A DNA stretch of 64,000 bases. Origin: Phoronis australis (Eukaryota > Animalia > Phoronida). The notes below the pieces were generated by a model that saw only the letters and a list, made by a program, of their open reading frames with translations, searched no databases and had not been told where the DNA came from. Where the stretch lies: contig NMRA01000102.1 of the NCBI GenBank assembly GCA_002633005.1, forward strand, positions 850,345 to 914,344. The letters are read 5' to 3'. Position 1 is the stretch's first letter; each line of letters begins with the position of its first letter. Below, piece after piece: positions 63,785 to 64,000 of this stretch. Both the position numbers and the translations under genes were made by a program.

Positions 63785-64000
63785 CAGGTTAGCTGACAGT
63801 CAAAGAAAACCATTGGTCTACTGCGCTGTACCTGGGCCTTCACAAATTATCCGTGACGTCATCTTGTGAGGCCCGGGAACCAGCGTTCCGTTCAGTAACG
63901 CTAGGACTTTGCTAAAAATCAAGACTTCGGGAGATTACGTGATATATTGGCGTGTAATTTAAATGAGAATCGTGACATTGTCTAGACTTTAGCTAGGTAC

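Overview
Animal (invertebrate-like, AT-rich, spliceosomal introns) genomic DNA from a gapped draft assembly; no prokaryotic operons, CRISPR, rRNA or tRNA seen. Host genes: a 2-exon low-complexity protein gene on the minus strand present twice (1.1-3.7 kb and 6.2-9.2 kb); a 5-exon ~410-aa Lys/Glu-rich gene (+, 16727-24029) whose splice phases all chain; three phase-compatible minus-strand exons of a possibly ZU5/UPA-like protein (31-36 kb); a TIR-domain exon (40.1-40.55 kb); and a ~1580-aa SAMD9/SAMD9L-like SAM-AlbA_2-STAND-TPR-OB protein (52.1-56.9 kb). The last three form a co-oriented innate-immunity-like cluster. Mobile DNA is abundant: two internally deleted Kolobok elements that each keep a THAP-transposase 5' end and a convergent KolX (P2X7-ballast-like) 5' end, a third Kolobok-like end, a DD37D (maT) Tc1/mariner relic, a Ty3/Gypsy pol relic, a 9-bp-TSD element and several MITEs. 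Three near-identical duplications each straddle an N gap and differ by TE presence/absence, so they are probably uncollapsed haplotypes; their empty sites give exact element ends. Family assignments come from motifs recognised by eye, not from database searches.
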